Shown here: positions 63,673-64,000 of the stretch, in pieces
Layout: every line of letters begins with the position of its first letter
How positions within the stretch are numbered: position 1 is the stretch's first letter
Assembly: GCA_002748285.1 (NCBI GenBank)
Contig: PDSA01000032.1
Span: 6,857-70,856, forward strand
Origin: Rhodobacterales bacterium
GTDB taxonomy: Bacteria; Pseudomonadota; Alphaproteobacteria; Rhodobacterales; Rhodobacteraceae
Reading direction: 5' to 3'
Length of the DNA stretch: 64,000 nt
The notes under the pieces: model-generated
What the model was told of the DNA's origin: nothing
What the model saw: the letters and a program-made list of their open reading frames with translations, nothing else
Databases searched by the model: none
Made by a program: the position numbers and the translations under genes

Positions 63673-64000
63673 TCGGAGCAGTTGCCTGAGGAATTAAAAC
63701 GTTATGCGAAACAGTCGCGACCATCGTTGTATATTAGCCTGTCATCTTCGAATGAGGCGTGGAACTTCATCGTACAACTCCTCCAGCGGCATCGACTCTA
63801 TCACGGGCTTGTTTGTGCCGCCTCTTCTATCATCTCTCTTGCCTGTCTTGATAACGCGTTGGGGTGCGCCATTTGCAGTCTTTTCGGTATACCGAATAAG
63901 CCCGGTGGGCAGTCAGCTTAACCAAAGTTCCAGCCGTTTACGGGCAGGGTTTGGCGAAAACATTTTCCGCAAATTCGCGAGAGCCTGACCACTTGGGCTC

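Noticed and set aside
1-64000. Search by eye for CRISPR arrays, rRNA genes, prophage or integrase genes, toxin-antitoxin pairs, restriction-modification genes, retron-like or reverse-transcriptase genes
   Set aside because: - There are no regularly spaced 25-40-nt repeats in any intergenic gap.
- No ORF has recognisable Cas, integrase, methyltransferase, RT or toxin motifs.
- The only periodic repeat is the in-frame 63-bp array inside a coding gene.

A computational scan (CRISPRCasFinder, DefenseFinder, Infernal) would be needed to exclude small or degenerate elements.

Overview
High-GC (about 60% in hand-counted samples) chromosomal segment. The gene content points to an alphaproteobacterium, probably Rhodobacterales-like: it has C4-pathway 5-aminolevulinate synthase hemA, an AcuI-type reductase, a TrgA-like protein and DUF2927/DUF2125-type envelope proteins. 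All product calls rest on motifs I recognise in the supplied translations plus my own reading of the DNA; no database search was possible.

I can support about 57 protein-coding genes. Two of them are missing from the ORF track: a partial CDS at the left edge and a 46-codon membrane ORF. I also support one tRNA-Gly(UCC), one disrupted DsbA-family gene, one truncated IS transposase relic, several intrinsic terminators, one FNR-type box and a few repeats. Most of the window is housekeeping: rpsF-rpsR-rplI, dksA, mfd, hemB, hemA, PBP1A, an amidase, clpA, hisC-tyrC and glmU-glmS. I found no rRNA, CRISPR array, prophage, integrase or canonical defence gene.

The items most worth a second look:
1. 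An orphan MotA/MotB-type proton-channel pair (42871-46104). Its B subunit carries a roughly 480-residue coiled coil containing five 63-bp tandem repeats. It has no flagellar, Tol, TonB or Zorya partner genes nearby.
2. A 1.2-kb low-GC islet (34488-35830) flanked by 117-nt direct repeats that are 91% identical. It carries a LysE exporter and a frameshifted IS1182-like transposase stub.
3. An adjacent DsbA-family gene that has lost its CxxC segment through an out-of-frame deletion.
4. A tightly packed arsC-aqpS-ligase-DsbA-like-MFS string with no arsR.
5. A gph-degT-glycerate kinase-DUF442-GlcNAc kinase operon divergent from glmUS.

None of these can be proven novel from sequence alone. The MotAB-like pair in particular may be a conserved but uncharacterised envelope module rather than something unique to this genome.
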